Source: Sphyrna mokarran
Taxonomy: Eukaryota
Direction of reading: 5' to 3'
Length of the DNA stretch: 64,000 nucleotides
Assembly (NCBI GenBank): GCA_024679065.1
Contig: JAGIQG010000015.1
Location: forward strand, 61,814,001-61,878,000
Under the pieces are notes generated by a model, which ran no database searches, was not told where the DNA came from, and saw only the letters and a list, made by a program, of their open reading frames with translations. Both the position numbers and the translations under genes were made by a program. This document shows, piece after piece, positions 1-12,762 of the stretch. Each line of letters begins with the position of its first letter. The stretch's first letter is position 1.

Positions 1-365
1 AACAGCCTCCCATCCTTTGACTCCATCTACTTTGCAAAAGCAGCCAGCATAATCAAAGACTTTGCAGAACTCAGACATACTGTGTTCTACCTTCTTCCAT
101 TGGGAAAAAGATACAAAAGTCTGAAATCACTTACCAACCAATTCAAGAACAGATTCTTCCCTGCTGCCATCAGATTTTTGGATGGACCTACCTTATACTA
201 AGTTAATCTTTCTCTAGCTATCTATGACTGTAACACTATATTCTGCATCCTCTCCTTTCCTTCCCTTTGTACAATATGCGTTGTCTGTATAGCGTGCAAG
301 AAACATTACTTTTTGCTGTTTACTAGTACATGTGACAATAATAAATCAAATCAAACCAAATTGAA
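1..365 (+). mobile_element. Rex1/Babar-type LINE 3' end
   Basis: Closely similar to 31790-32143 (aagaacag-ttcttccctgctgccat; tgtgacaataataaatcaaatcaaa tail). Confidence 0.75.
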
Positions 366-519
366 ACTTCACCGGAATAAACACAACTGCTACATTCTCC
401 CAGCACTCTTTTAGTTTTCTTATCCAGTAAGTGGGATCCACTATCCAACTAACCTCTTCATCAGTTTGGATGATCTTGAAGGGAATAAAAAAGTGGGCCA
501 TTATCAAGTTACAGAGAAA

Positions 520-2520
520 CAGAGGACTTAGAAGCAAGATTTAGCCATACAGCCCTTCAAACCTGCTAGGCGACTTTCCATTTGCTTCGCCTAGCCTGTG
601 ACTCCCTTTGCCTATCAAAAATCTATCTTTACCTTATAAATTCAATGATCCAGCCATGACTGCTTCCTGGAGGACAGAATTCCAAATATTAATAACTCTT
701 TGAGCGAGAAAGATTCTCTTTAGCTCTGTTTTAATTGCAGATCATTTATTCTTTAACTGTGTCTGCTTATTCTAGTCTGACCCACAGTAGTACCCTTTGG
801 TTTCAGTACAATCAAGTCCCTTCAGAATCTTAAATATTTCAATGAGATCACCTCTCACTCTTTTAAACTCCAATGAATGCAGGTCTAACCTGTTCATCCT
901 TTCTTCATCAGATAATTCCTTCTCAGAAACCAATTGAATGAACCTCCTCTGAACAATTTCTATTATACCTTTCCTTATATAGGGAGGCCAAAACTGTAGT
1001 TAGTACTCCAGGTATGGTTTCATCAACGCAGTGCACAATTGGAGCAGAATCTATCTATTTTTATATTCAATTTCCATTACAGTAAAGTACAACATCCATT
1101 TGCCTTCCTAAATACTTCCTGTACTTTGTACCAACTTCTTGACCGGGATATCCAAATTTCTCTGTACCACATTCTGCAACCTCTTTCCATTTAAATAATG
1201 TACCATTTTTCTTTTCTTCCTGTCAAAGTAGAAAAGTTTGCACTTTCCCACAATATATTCAATCTGCCAAATTCTTGCCCTCTTACATAATCTATCTATA
1301 TCCCTTGATGATTACCTATGTCCTCTTGACACTTTATTTTCCTACACATTTTAGTGTCAGCAGCAACACTTTGGTCCCTTCATCCAAGTCATTAATTAGG
1401 CTGTATGTAGTTAAGGCTCCAGCAAAGTTCCTATGACATGTCACTAATTACAGCTTGCCAATACAAAACTGCTTGATTTATTCCCCATTCTCTGCTTCAT
1501 TTCGGCTGACCAATTCTCTAAAGATGTGATGTTACCCGTTAACCATCAACTCTTGTTGTATGTACTTTTTCATGTGACACTTTATCAAATTCATTTTGGA
1601 AATCAAAGACTCCACATCTACAGATTAACCTTTATCCACATTGCTTGTTATTTCCTCAAAAATACCTATTAGATAGGCACGATTTTCTTTCATAAACCTA
1701 TGCTGACTCTCCCTGATCAAATCATGATTTTCCAAGTATCCTGCAATAACTTCCTTAATGATGGATTCTAGTAATTTCCCTTTGACAGATATTAAGCCAA
1801 CAAGTCAGTAGTTTCCTGCTTTTTATCTCCCTCTTTTCTTGCAAAGAGGTTCTACATTAGCTTTTATCCAAAGCACCAAAATGCTTCCAAAATCTAACGG
1901 GTTTTGCAAGATAATAAAGAATAAATCTGCTACACTTCCTTTTCACTATAAGATGCAGACCATCTGGTCCTGGGGACTTGTTAGTCTTTAGATATAATAC
2001 TTTTCTCAGCACCTTTTCCCCTGTCATCATCATTGTTTTAATTTATTCCCTCTTGCTCACCTCTTGATTTTGAAGCATCTTTGGCAAGTTTTCTAAATCT
2101 GCAGTGAAGACAAACACAAAATACCTGCCTAATGCCTCTGCCATTTCCTTGCTTCTCATGATCAATTCTCAAATCCAATCTCTAGAGGACTATAACTGGT
2201 TTTATCTCTTTATCTATTTAAATTCTTATAATAACTCTTGCAATCTATTTTTCCTGCTCCCTGGCTGGTTATGGGAGGTACTGCTGTAAGAAATTGTCCC
2301 TAAAACATTCCATGAACTAATTTTCATGAGTATTTTTGCCAACCTAATTTACCTAATCTACAAGTAGATTAAAGTCACCCATTAATATTGCAGTGCTTAC
2401 TTGCTTGCCTCATTTATTTCTTCCTATATGCCCTTCCCTAACATATCTACTATTAAGGGTGCATAGTAATTATTCCCAAAAATGAACTCTTACTTTTATT
2501 ATTTCATATTTCTATGAAAA
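520..2520 (-). mobile_element. Decayed CR1-group LINE ORF2 fragment
   Basis: The minus strand carries the YCVQFW-like segment (ccaaaactgtagttagtactcc), the QHGF-like cataaacctatgctgactc and the GPDG-like catctggtcctggggac, with many stops. Confidence 0.75.
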
Positions 2521-2579
2521 CTGATTCTACATTGTACCCTTTCAAGCTAAGGTCATCTCACGCTACTGCCTAACAACAT

Positions 2580-2850
2580 CCTTACACTCAAGAGGTTCAA
2601 CATCATCCAGGACAAAGCAGCCTCCTTGACTCACATCCCACCTACTACCTCCAACATCCACCCCCTGTGCTACTGATACAGAGTGACATCCAGGTTTACC
2701 ATTCACAAGATGCACTGCAGCAACTCACCAAGGTTCCTTCTACAGCAACTTCCAAACCTGGAACCTCTACCACCTAGATGGACATGGGAACAACATCACT
2801 TTCAAGTTCCCCTCCAAACCATGCATCATCTTGACTTGCCTCAGCTCATC
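2580..2850 (+). mobile_element. Non-LTR retrotransposon 3' fragment (ccaggacaaagcagcc family)
   Basis: Shares catccaggacaaagcagcc...aagatgcactgcagcaactcaccaagg...aagttcccctcc with 50720-51600 and 32145-32350. Confidence 0.65.
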
Positions 2851-2859
2851 CAAGTCATA

Positions 2860-3172
2860 GAGTCGTAGAACATGCAGTGCAACAGAAGATCATTCAGCCC
2901 ATCACATGTGCACCAACCACAATCCCATCCATAATCCCATGCATTTACCCTAGCTAGCCCCTCCCCCCAACAATAAGGAGCAATTTTAGCATGGCCAATC
3001 CCCACCTAGCCCGCACATCTTTGGACTTTGGAATGAAACCAAAGCATCCAGAGGAAACTCACACAAACACAGGGAGAATGTGCAAACTCCACTCAATCAC
3101 TGACCCAAACCAGGAATCAAAGCCAGGTCCTTGATGCTGTGAGAAGCTAACCATTGTGCCACCATGCTGCCC
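2860..3172 (-). mobile_element. HE1-like tRNA-derived SINE
   Basis: Reverse complement of the ggcagcatggtggcac... head, gtttgcacattctcc core and CR1-like tail. Confidence 0.8.
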
Positions 3173-3199
3173 TCTTTTGAATAATGCCACTATCATCCT

Positions 3200-4000
3200 C
3201 ACGATTCACAATACTTGAAAGTTTTCTCTGGCATGTATAGATTTTGAAACTGTAATCTACATGTGCAAGTCGAGGTAATTAATGTAGATTGGGAAAAGCA
3301 GTGGTCCTAACATTAACCTTTGAATTATTTTCATCATCAAATTACCTTTGAATCATCAAAAGAACATGTTCACCATCACTCTGTTTTCTGTCAATTGATC
3401 AACTTTATATTCGTCTAGCTCTAACCCTTTTATTCTATGGTCTTTAACTTTCCTTACTCTTCTGTTATGAAGCACTTCATGAAATGTATTTTATACATGT
3501 ACACCAACTGCACTATCCTCATTAACACTTTCTGTCATCTCATCAACACTTGCTAAGGTAGCTAAACAGGATTTGCCTTTAACAAATTCTTGTTGCCTTT
3601 CCTTAATTAATCTGCATTTATTCAAGCAACTATTAATATTGTTCTTCTTTATCATTTCTAAATATTGTCCACCACTGAGGTTGGTGGGTTTCTCCTTAAA
3701 TCCTTTTTTTACAAAATGGTATGACATTAGCAATTGTCCAGTCCTCTGGCAGCAAATCTGTATCTCAACATAATTTGAAGATTATGGCCAGTTCTTCTGC
3801 AATTTCTAACCTTGCTTTCACCTAACATCCTCTGATGCACCTGCTCTGGCCCTGTAACTTATCAACTTTAAGTAGAGGTATTCTTTCTAACACCTTCTTG
3901 CCATCAATGTTTATCTCATCCAATGCCTCAAATACATCCTCTTTCACAATGACTTGGAAAACAGCTTCTTCCTTTGTAGAGATGGATGCAAAGTATTTAT
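3200..4000 (-). mobile_element. Decayed CR1-group LINE ORF2 fragment
   Basis: ORF pieces LLNKYFASI and QQEFVKGKSCL correspond to CR1 LN-YF-SV and QHGF-KGKSCL. Confidence 0.75.
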
Positions 4001-4307
4001 TTAGTAATGACAACACTAACCAGCCAATAACACTTAATGCACATGTCATTGCCAGGACTTAATGCTGGATGCAAAGTATTTATTTAGTAATGACAACACT
4101 AACCAGCCAATAACACTTAATGCACATGTCATTGCCAGGACTTAATGCTGGATGCAAAGTATTTATTTAGTAATGACAACACTAACCAGCCAATAACACT
4201 TAATGCACATGTCATTGCCAGGACTTAATGCTGGATGCAAAGTATTTATTTAGTAATGACAACTCTAACCAGCCAATAACACTTAATGCACATGTCGTTG
4301 CCAGGAC
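3983..4307. repeat. 83-bp tandem repeat, about 3.9 near-identical copies
   Basis: Unit tggatgcaaagtatttatttagtaatgac...gccaggacttaatgc starts at 3983, 4066, 4149 and 4232. Confidence 0.97.
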
Positions 4308-4689
4308 GCTAGCAGTGACCTTGAGTTTCCACATTGAACAGGATGGGCATTTCATGACACTGTAGTATCCTACTTGTTAAACTATTAACTGACTGAACAG
4401 TAATAAACATCTAGCTTAGATAAATAAGTAATGTTTCTCTGTGAACTTTAAGAATCTATCTCCAAAATCCTAAATATAGAATGCTAGCTTATGACTTTCA
4501 CACCCAGTGGATGAACAAATTGATCAACAAAGTTACTCAGTATAATTTTACAGCAAAGGTATGTGTTATCATCCAAAATGGTCACTGGTACACTTGTTAG
4601 GCAGATAATTTTTCTATAATCAGCTTTATAGACAAATCGGCAAGTAATTTTCATTTTTCTGCACCACAACAACAACATGTTATAATTAT

Positions 4690-5060
4690 ATGAGGCACAG
4701 CTGGAGTACTGTGTGCAGTTCTGATCACCATATTATAGGAAGCATGTGATTGTACTGGGGGATAGCTAAGGAGAGTCACCAGGACATTGCCTGGGATGGA
4801 GCATTTAAGTTATTAGATAGACTTGAATTGTTTTTGTTGGCATAGAGAAGGTTGAGGGGCGACCTGATTGAGATGTGTAAGATTAAGAGGGGCAGGGTGA
4901 ATAGGGAGTGGCTGTTCCCCTTATTTGAAGGCTCAATCACAAAGGGACACAAGTTCAAGGTGGAGGGGCAGGATATGGGATTAGATAGGTAGGTTAGGTG
5001 TTTCTCTCATATTGGTGCTGAACAAGGTTGAAGGGCTTATTCTGCCCTATGTGATTCAGA
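4690..5060 (+). mobile_element. CR1 LINE 3' fragment
   Basis: ctggagtactgtgtgcagttctg (LEYCVQF) and gttgaggggcgacctgattgag (LRGDLIE). Confidence 0.8.
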
Positions 5061-5089
5061 AATATGTATTATCTGCAACATAATAAAAC

Positions 5090-6210
5090 TTTCCTTGCAG
5101 TTCCAAAGGACATTATAAAACAAATTATGGAATGATGTCATGTAAGGAGATATGAGAGCGGATATTTAATACTTCACCAAGGAATTATGTTCTAAAGCAT
5201 GTCTTGAATGTTCTAAAGCATGTCTTGAACAGAAGCAAAATAAAAAGGCAAGAAGATTAGGTAGTTGAACACACAGTCACCAATGGTGGAGGGCTTAAAA
5301 TTGGAGATGCATAAGCAGACAGAATTCGAGGAATTTGGGTGTCTCAGCGTGTTGTGTTGTTGGAAGAGATTACAGAAACAGGGAGGGGTATTTCCATTGA
5401 GGCAGTTGAAAGCAAGAATGAGCAGTTAATTCACTTAACTGGGCATCACAAAGCGCAGTGAGAACAGGAGAGGTAGATCAAATGGATGTTATATTAAGTA
5501 AGGCATGGTCAGCAGAGTTTCAAATGATATCAAGTTTATGAAGCATTGAACTCAGGGGCTGGCAAGGTTTTGGAAAGTCAAGTTTGTGGCAAAAAAATAC
5601 ACGCATGAGGGATTCATATGTAGATGAAATGAGGCTGGGAGGCAATATTACAGAGATGGAAATAGACAGACTTAGTAATTGCGTTGATATGCGTTGCAAC
5701 TCATGTCGGTCAAAAGTGACACCAGGAGTGTGAATAATCAGGTTCAGCCTCAGACATTTGCCAGTGAGAGGGACGGAGTTGGTTACTAGGGATTGGAGGT
5801 GGTTGTGAGAGCAGAAGGCAATGTTTAGTTTATCTATTTTTTAGTGTCACAAGTAGGTTACATTGCAATGAAGTTAACGTGAAAATCCCCTTGTTGCCAC
5901 TTTCTGGTGCTTGAATTTAGCATGCCCCGATGCGTCTAACTAGCGTGTCTTTTGGACTGTGGGAGGAAATCAGAGCACCTAGAGGAAAGCCACACAGGCA
6001 CAGGGAGAATGTAGACTCTACACAGACAGTGACCCAAGCTGGGAATCAAACACCAGTCCCTGGCACTGTGGGACAGTAGTGCAAACCACTGTGCCACCGT
6101 ATCATTCGGTTTCACTGTTCCTAACATTAGTTTTAATAAATATCTGCGCATCATTTGTTGGAAGTCAGGCAAGTAGCCTAACTATTTCAAGACAAGAGAG
6201 AGTGGTTTCC
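5090..6210 (-). mobile_element. L2-like LINE remnant interrupted by a SINE
   Basis: agagattacagaaacaggga and aatatctgcgcatcatttg motifs; similar to 22030-22580. Confidence 0.55.
5826..6100 (-). mobile_element. HE1-like SINE with alternative tail
   Basis: Head accactgtgccaccgt and tail agtgtcacaagtagg...gaagtta..gtgaaaatcccc, as in 9805-10112. Confidence 0.8.
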
Positions 6211-6839
6211 CCACCCACTGAAAAGAATCTAGAATTCAAACTTTCAATCAAGTTAAAGACACATGTATATTCCTGAGTAGATAATTCAATGATAAGAAAA
6301 GTCCCACAGATAATTGGAAGTTCAACTTTGGGTGGAGAATCAATGGGGTCTTTGGAAAAATTAAAACTGATTCAAATGCCCTATGTACCCCAGTAGTATT
6401 CCAATAACCAATGTGTTATTACAAATTCCTTTGAAACAAAAACAAATAAAATGTAATATGGTATGATGGGCAGTTAGAATTTTAAGTCATTTTATGAAAA
6501 TGTCGATCTATGGTTCTCTTCTCCATTAGTACTTTTAACAGAATCTGCAACTTTTTGATAATAGATAATAGTTAATTCTCTTCCACTCTTTTTTGGTATC
6601 TCTTTATTCGACAATTCAGTTACTTGTAATTTTTCAATATACATAGTCATTCTCTCTCTGGCATTTTTAGCAGTCCCACCTGTGTATCCTTTGGGTACTC
6701 TTACTCATATTTTGCTTTTGCCACTTAGGGGATTTTCACAGTAAACTTTAAATTTAATTCCCCTTCTGTTGGGCAATCTGGATGTAATTTTAAATCTGTG
6801 AGTGGATTTTGAGTGAATTAAAATCTCACCCTTTCTTTC

Positions 6840-7580
6840 TTCTTTAGCCACGTTTGAGTCATTTGAGGCCCCTTAATTGTCCTTTCCCTGCCTTTGATGC
6901 TGCCATTGCAGCTTCTGGGTCTCGACTTTCTCCCTCTATATCTTCCATTACTATTTCTAGCTCTCTCTTTTGATGCTCCTTGTTCCCTTTAGGGACCCTA
7001 TTCTTCTTCTCTCAATCTCTTTGAGTTTCCTTTTGCTGCTTCTGATTTCTGCTTTTTCTGTCTGATTCTCCACTTTGAGCCTTTGTTTCTTCTTTTGATT
7101 TTTCTGTTTGTCTGCTTAACATATCTTCTCCTATTGCTGATTTTAACTCTCTTTATGCTGCCTCTGATTCTCCGTATGGTTTTGTTTTGCAGCTTTTGAA
7201 TTTATTTTTCCTTCCTCTCATCTCTCTGATTCTAATTTTGCTGCTTCTAAATTTTGTTTCCTTCTTCTTGAATGTCTTTTTGGATCGTCCTATTCTGGTT
7301 TTGCACCATTGTTTTTGTTTCTTTTCTAATTCCTCTTTTCAAATCCTTGTTTTTCCTCTTCTGCTGTTAATTATCTTCTTTACGAGTCTCTTTTGTTTTT
7401 ACCTTTTTGGACCTCTAATTCTCCAATTGAACATCCTGATTGCCTTTTGAATCTTTCAATTTATCTTTCACAAATCCTCATTCACCTTGTGTTGCTACTT
7501 TAATGTCATTGGACCGTCTAATTTTCCTTTAGAATCCTTAGATTTTCACTCTTTGTCCCTTTAGTTCTCCCACTGATCTC
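6840..7580 (-). other. Strongly purine-rich (minus strand) tract resembling a decayed E/K-rich coiled-coil coding sequence
   Basis: Interrupted minus frames read e.g. SIGELEVQKGKNK, EELEKKQKQ, GESEAA, RELEIVMEDIEGE. No intact ORF. Confidence 0.35.
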
Positions 7581-7919
7581 AGGTGCGATTTTACAGTTTT
7601 GAGATGAGCGAGACCATTAAATCCTACCCTCTAAGTCTGTCTATTTCCATCTCTGTAAATTTGCCCAACCACCATCACCCCCACCCTCCCAGCTTCAGCT
7701 CATCTTCTCCTGAACCCCTCATTCATTTATTTGTTGTCACAAACTTGGCTATTCCAACACCCTAAGTTCTATGTTTCATAAACTTGATATCATTTGAAAC
7801 TCTGGATTCTCTTTTATCTCGCTCGGTCACACTGAAGTATACAACTTTATCTTCAGTTCTGAGCAACCTAGAAATCTAATGGTTTGTTATGTTATTTACT
7901 ATATGAATATAAGCTTGGT

Positions 7920-8290
7920 CAGCATAATGACAGTGGTTAGCACTGCAGCCTCATAGCATCAGAGACCTGGGTACAATTCCATCCTTGAGTGACTGTTTGT
8001 GTGGAGTCTGCATGTTCTCCCCATGACTGTGTGGGTTTTCTCCCACAGTATAAGAATGTGCAGGTTAGGTGGACAGGCCATGGTAAATTGGCCCTTACTG
8101 TCCAAAAATGTCTGGGTTTGGAGAAGGAAGCCATGGTAAATTGGCCCTTAATATCCAAAGATGTCTGGGTTTGAAGAATTAACAGGGTAAATACATGGGG
8201 CTATGGGAATAGAGCCCAGATAAGATGCAAAGTTAGTGCAGATGTGAAGGGCCAAATGGCCTCCATTTGCACTGTAGAGATTCTGTGAAG
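7920..8290 (+). mobile_element. HE1-like SINE with an internal ~53-bp duplication
   Basis: cagtggttagcactgc head; gccatggtaaattggccctta occurs twice (about 8077 and 8130). Confidence 0.8.
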
Positions 8291-8654
8291 CTCAATATTT
8301 CATTACCCTGCCAGCAGCTTCAGCTCAGTATTTAACCATTATTCTCATTGTATGCCTAATAATCTGATTTCTTCCAGATAATGTAACATGACCACACTAT
8401 AAATAAGACTCTTCAGCCACCTCTTGTAAAATTAATCTTATTTATTTATAGAGTATTTTAGGTTAAAAACATATTTCGTCTGGTAATAAAATGTATAATT
8501 TCCAACTAATGCTTATGTTTTAATGGGAATAATTGCAGAGACTATAAATCTAAGTACCACTTATATTTATATTTATTTGGCTTCAAGGCTGCCAGCAAAT
8601 TCCGAGGTTCTTTCTATAAAATAATTATTTTCATAAATAATTGTAACTATGATT

Positions 8655-9300
8655 ATAGAGTCATAGAGTCATAAAGGCTTACAGCATGTAAACAAGCCCT
8701 TTGGCACAACTTGTCCATGTTGCCCTTTTTTTAAACCACTAAGCTAATCCCAATTGCCCGTATTTGACACATATCCCTCCAAAGCTATTTACCCATGTAA
8801 CTGTCAAGATGCTTTTTAAAAGACAAAATTGTACCAGCCTCTTCTACTATCTCTGGCAGCTTGTTCCAGACACTCTGTGTAAAAAAATTGCCCCACTGGA
8901 CCCTTTTGTACCTCTCCCCTTAAACTATGCCCTCTTGTTTTAGATTCCCCTATTATTGGGAAAAGATGTTGACTATCTAGCTGATCTATGCCCCCTATTA
9001 TTTTATAGGCCTCTATAAGATCACTCCTCAATCTTCTACACTCCAGAGATAAAAGTCCCAGTCTATCCAGCCTCTCCTTAAAACTCAAACCATCAAGACC
9101 GATAACATCTTAATAAATCTCTTCCGCACTCTTTCCAGTTTAATAATATCCTTTCTATAATAGGGTGTCCAGAACTGTACACAGTATTTCAAGTGTGGTG
9201 TTACCAATGTTTTATACAACTTCAACAAAACATCCCAACTCCTGTATTCAGTGTTCTGACAAATGAAACCAAGCATGCTGAATGCCTTCTTCACTGCTCT
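8655..9300 (-). mobile_element. CR1 LINE 3' portion
   Basis: ORFs LYKTLVTPHLKYCVQFWTPYYRKDI and RRLRSDLIEAYKI, with a (catagagt)n tail. Confidence 0.9.
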
Positions 9301-9804
9301 TAAATTATGTTAAATTATGCACAATATGCATTCTGCCATGAGCCTTAACCGAGACAATATACTGTCTTAAAACAAAGTAAATTCGAAGCTGTTAAGATGC
9401 AAAGGAACAGAATCAAATGCAAAAAGATTTAGTTATTATTTGGGAGTGAGCCATACATTGGCAAGTGGCACATTCTTTCAATGAGCATATTGTTGGACAT
9501 GTTAATAGAAGACATGTTATTGTTTTTAGGGAATGTTACTGAAAGAGAGAAAAAAAGATCTTAACGTTATTGTACACAGAGCACTCATGATCAAAATAGG
9601 AAATGTATAAAAAAGTATTTGGTTATATCAATTGAACCTTGCAGTATAAATGAAATAACACATTTTTTCATTACTTTGATTACTCTTGGTGGGCATGATG
9701 GCCTTGACTTAGAAGAGAACTACAGGAATGATTCCCATCTTAAAATAAAACTTAGCCTATCAAATAGGTGCAATGATTTTGATCTATTTACTACAAGAGT
9801 GGAG

Positions 9805-10112
9805 AGGCATGGTGGCAAGTGGTTTGCACTGTTGCCTCACAGCACCACAGACCCAGATTTGATTCCTGGCTTGGGTCACTGTCTGTGCGGAATCTGAACA
9901 TTCTGTCTGTGTCTGCGTGGGTTTCCTCTGGGTGCTCCGGTTTCCTTCCACAGTCTGAATGAAATGCTGCTTAGGTGCATTGGCCATGCTAAATTCTCCC
10001 TCAGCGTATCTGAACAGGTGCCAGAACGTGACAACTAGGGGATTTTCACAGTAACTTCATTGCAGTGTTAACGTAAGCCTACTTGTGACATAATAAATAA
10101 ACTTTAAACTTT
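9805..10112 (+). mobile_element. HE1-like SINE with alternative tail
   Basis: ggcatggtggcaagtggtttgcactg head and gtaagcctacttgtgacataataaataaact tail. Confidence 0.8.
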
Positions 10113-10800
10113 AAAGGGAACTGCCTGTTCTGATAGAGGCCCATAAAACCATTAACAAACTTGATGTCATGTCTATTAATAGATTATTTCAGTTTAATAA
10201 ATAGGCAAGATCAGTTTAAGTTATATAAGAGTGGGAATACAGAACATTAGATGTTTGTCTTTTTTGCTGTTGAGACTAGTGTGGTGGGTATTGACTTATT
10301 TTGTGTCTTCAGGGGAAGATGGTTTTATTCTTAACTAGGGTAGGGATCTCTTCATAGTGAAGCTAAATTAAGTTATCTGTAGACAACACTTGCCCTAAGA
10401 AATCTTTTGAATTGATTTTCTTTATTGGGAAGGAGGGTGAGGAGTTGAGGAAGAGAAATTTTTCAGGATATTTATTTGTTATTTGATCTGATGATTTCTC
10501 TGATTCTTCTCCAAGCAGATACAAGCCACAAGTAGAAGGGGTTATGGTGGGCCTCTGTGGTAGGATGTGATTGTCCATGATATACTACACATCATCAATG
10601 GGGGGCAGGTTTGATGAACAAGGTGGTATTTTCCTGCCGACCAATCTTGTATGTAAACAGTTCATAATTTTTCATTCAGCCAAGCTTGTACAAGCGGAGC
10701 TCCAGCTGATCCAGAGCTGAATCAGGCAGCAGGCCAGGATCTCTCCACTGATCAAAAAAGAGCCAACAGCAATCAAAATCATTTCAGGAAGAAACTGGCC

Positions 10801-10974
10801 ATGATGGAGAGTTTCCAGCGCAAGGAGAATTCGGGTAACTCATCCACCACAATTGACTGGCTTGCTCCACATCCCCATATATGCGAAAAACAGTTCGAAT
10901 TCTGCGGATACCCTCTAAACATCGCTCGATATTTTGGTGGCAATTTGGGATACTCCGCTTCTATTTGGGAATCT
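10801..10974 (+). CDS. EEF1AKMT3: EEF1A lysine methyltransferase 3 (METTL21B)-like, coding exon 1
   Basis: MMESF...EKQFEFCGYPLNIARYFGGNLGYSASIWES matches the METTL21 N-terminal segment (F-CG--L-I...G-LG--A-VW). It is followed by a GTAAGT donor at 10975 (phase 0). Confidence 0.9.
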
Positions 10975-11469
10975 GTAAGTCATTGACTTCAATGCCAGTC
11001 CATCGATTGGGCAGGAAAATTATTCACATGTCAATAAGGATAGTTTCTTTTGGTGGATTATCTTTCTGTGTATTTCTATGTTCAACTATTGCAATAGATT
11101 TGTTATCTTGTGTGGTAAAGAGCTGGGGCCTGGAATTATTTACACAGCATACAGGGTACAAACAAGCTCTTGCTTAGAGATTGTGTTGTGTTCTTGATAT
11201 ATTTAAATGTGTGTTAGTGATTGCGCATGCACAAGAGCTGATTCACTCCTTTCCATGCCTGATTATGTTAAAGGAACATAGGAACACAAGTAGATGATTC
11301 AATCAGTCAAACATCTCTCTGTGTGCTATTAGATTGTAGCTGATCCAATACTTTAACTCCATTTACTCCACTTTTCTCTAAATCTCATGATATCCTCACT
11401 TCACAAAGAATTTCAAGTAACATTTCTAGGGGAACATTTACAGATATCCACTACATTTTATGCACATGA

Positions 11470-11778
11470 AACCATAGAATCCTTACAGTGCAGAAGGAGG
11501 CCATTTGACCCAATGAGTTAAAACTGATAGCAAACTCACCCAGGCCCTATTTTCTTAACTCCATGTATTTATCCTATTGTTCTTTCTGACACTAAGAGGC
11601 AATTTAGCATGGCCAATCAACCTAAATCATGCAGTATGGAAAGAAACTAGAGCACCCAGAGGAAACACATGCAGACATGTAGAGAATGTGCAAACTCCAC
11701 ACAGACAATCATCCACAGCTGGAAATGAACCCAGATCTCTGAGCTGTGAGGCTGCAGTACTACCCACTGTGCCATGCA
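11470..11778 (-). mobile_element. HE1-like SINE (intron 1)
   Basis: catagaatccttacagtgcagaaggaggccatt tail and ccactgtgccatgc head. Confidence 0.8.
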
Positions 11779-11779
11779 T

Positions 11780-12525
11780 TTAGGGAAGTTAAACAAGGCA
11801 AAGGAATACCCAATTAATGGGAAAATGTAGACAGGTGTAGACGAAGCAAAAGACCTTGAAGGTACTGTTCACAAATCCCTGAAGGTGGCAGGACAGTTAA
11901 TGAGATGGTTAAGAAAGCAAATGGAATCCTTTCCTTTATTAGCTGATGTTTAGAATGTAAGAGAAGGGAGGTTTCTGCTCGAACTGTATAAGTCATTAGT
12001 TAGGCTATAACTTGAATATTTGTGTGCTGTTCTGATTACCGCCTTACAGAGATTATATAATTGCACTAGAGATGGTCCATAGCAGATTCATGAAGATGTT
12101 GCATGGGACTGGAAAAGTGCAGCTATGGGAAAAGGTAGGATAGGCTGGGGTTGTTTACAAGAAGAGGCTGAGGGTAGATTTGATTGAGATGTACAAAGTG
12201 GTCAAGGGCCTGCATATAGTTGATGGAAGGGCCTAATTACCACATATGATGAAGAGAGATCAATGAATAGGAGCATGAATTTAAATGAGTGGCAGAAAGA
12301 TTAAAGGGGGGGCGGTTTGTGGGGGTCTGGAACTCTGCCTGAACGGGAATAGAGAAAGAAACCCTCGATTCATTTAAAAAGTGTTTGGATATGCACCTAC
12401 AGTATCCAATAGGATTTCAGACCCAGTGATGCTAAGTGGAATTGGACTGAATGCTTTTTGAGCCAACATAGATACAATGGGCCGAGTGGTCTTTTTCTGT
12501 GATGTAAACTTTCTATGATTCTTCA
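11780..12525 (+). mobile_element. CR1 LINE 3' portion (intron 1)
   Basis: gttaagaaagcaaatgg, gaggctgagggtagatttgattgag and a ttctatgattc tail. Confidence 0.75.
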
Positions 12526-12591
12526 CTTAACCTATCGACTATTATTATAATGCTTTTCATCACGTATCTCAATTAATTAATTCTAACATGA

Positions 12592-12762
<171 letters not shown>

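Noticed and set aside
3983-4307. CRISPR-like regular array
   Set aside because: The units are fully repeated with no unique spacers, the context is eukaryotic, and no cas genes are present.
5188-5229. 21-bp direct duplication tgttctaaagcatgtcttgaa
   Set aside because: An ordinary slippage duplication within an L2-like remnant.
7187-7450. Hydrophobic 87-aa ORF as a membrane protein
   Set aside because: It is a by-product of the T/C-rich strand of the asymmetric tract.
7920-7990. tRNA genes at SINE heads
   Set aside because: The A/B-box-like heads continue into SINE bodies and no full cloverleaf is evident.
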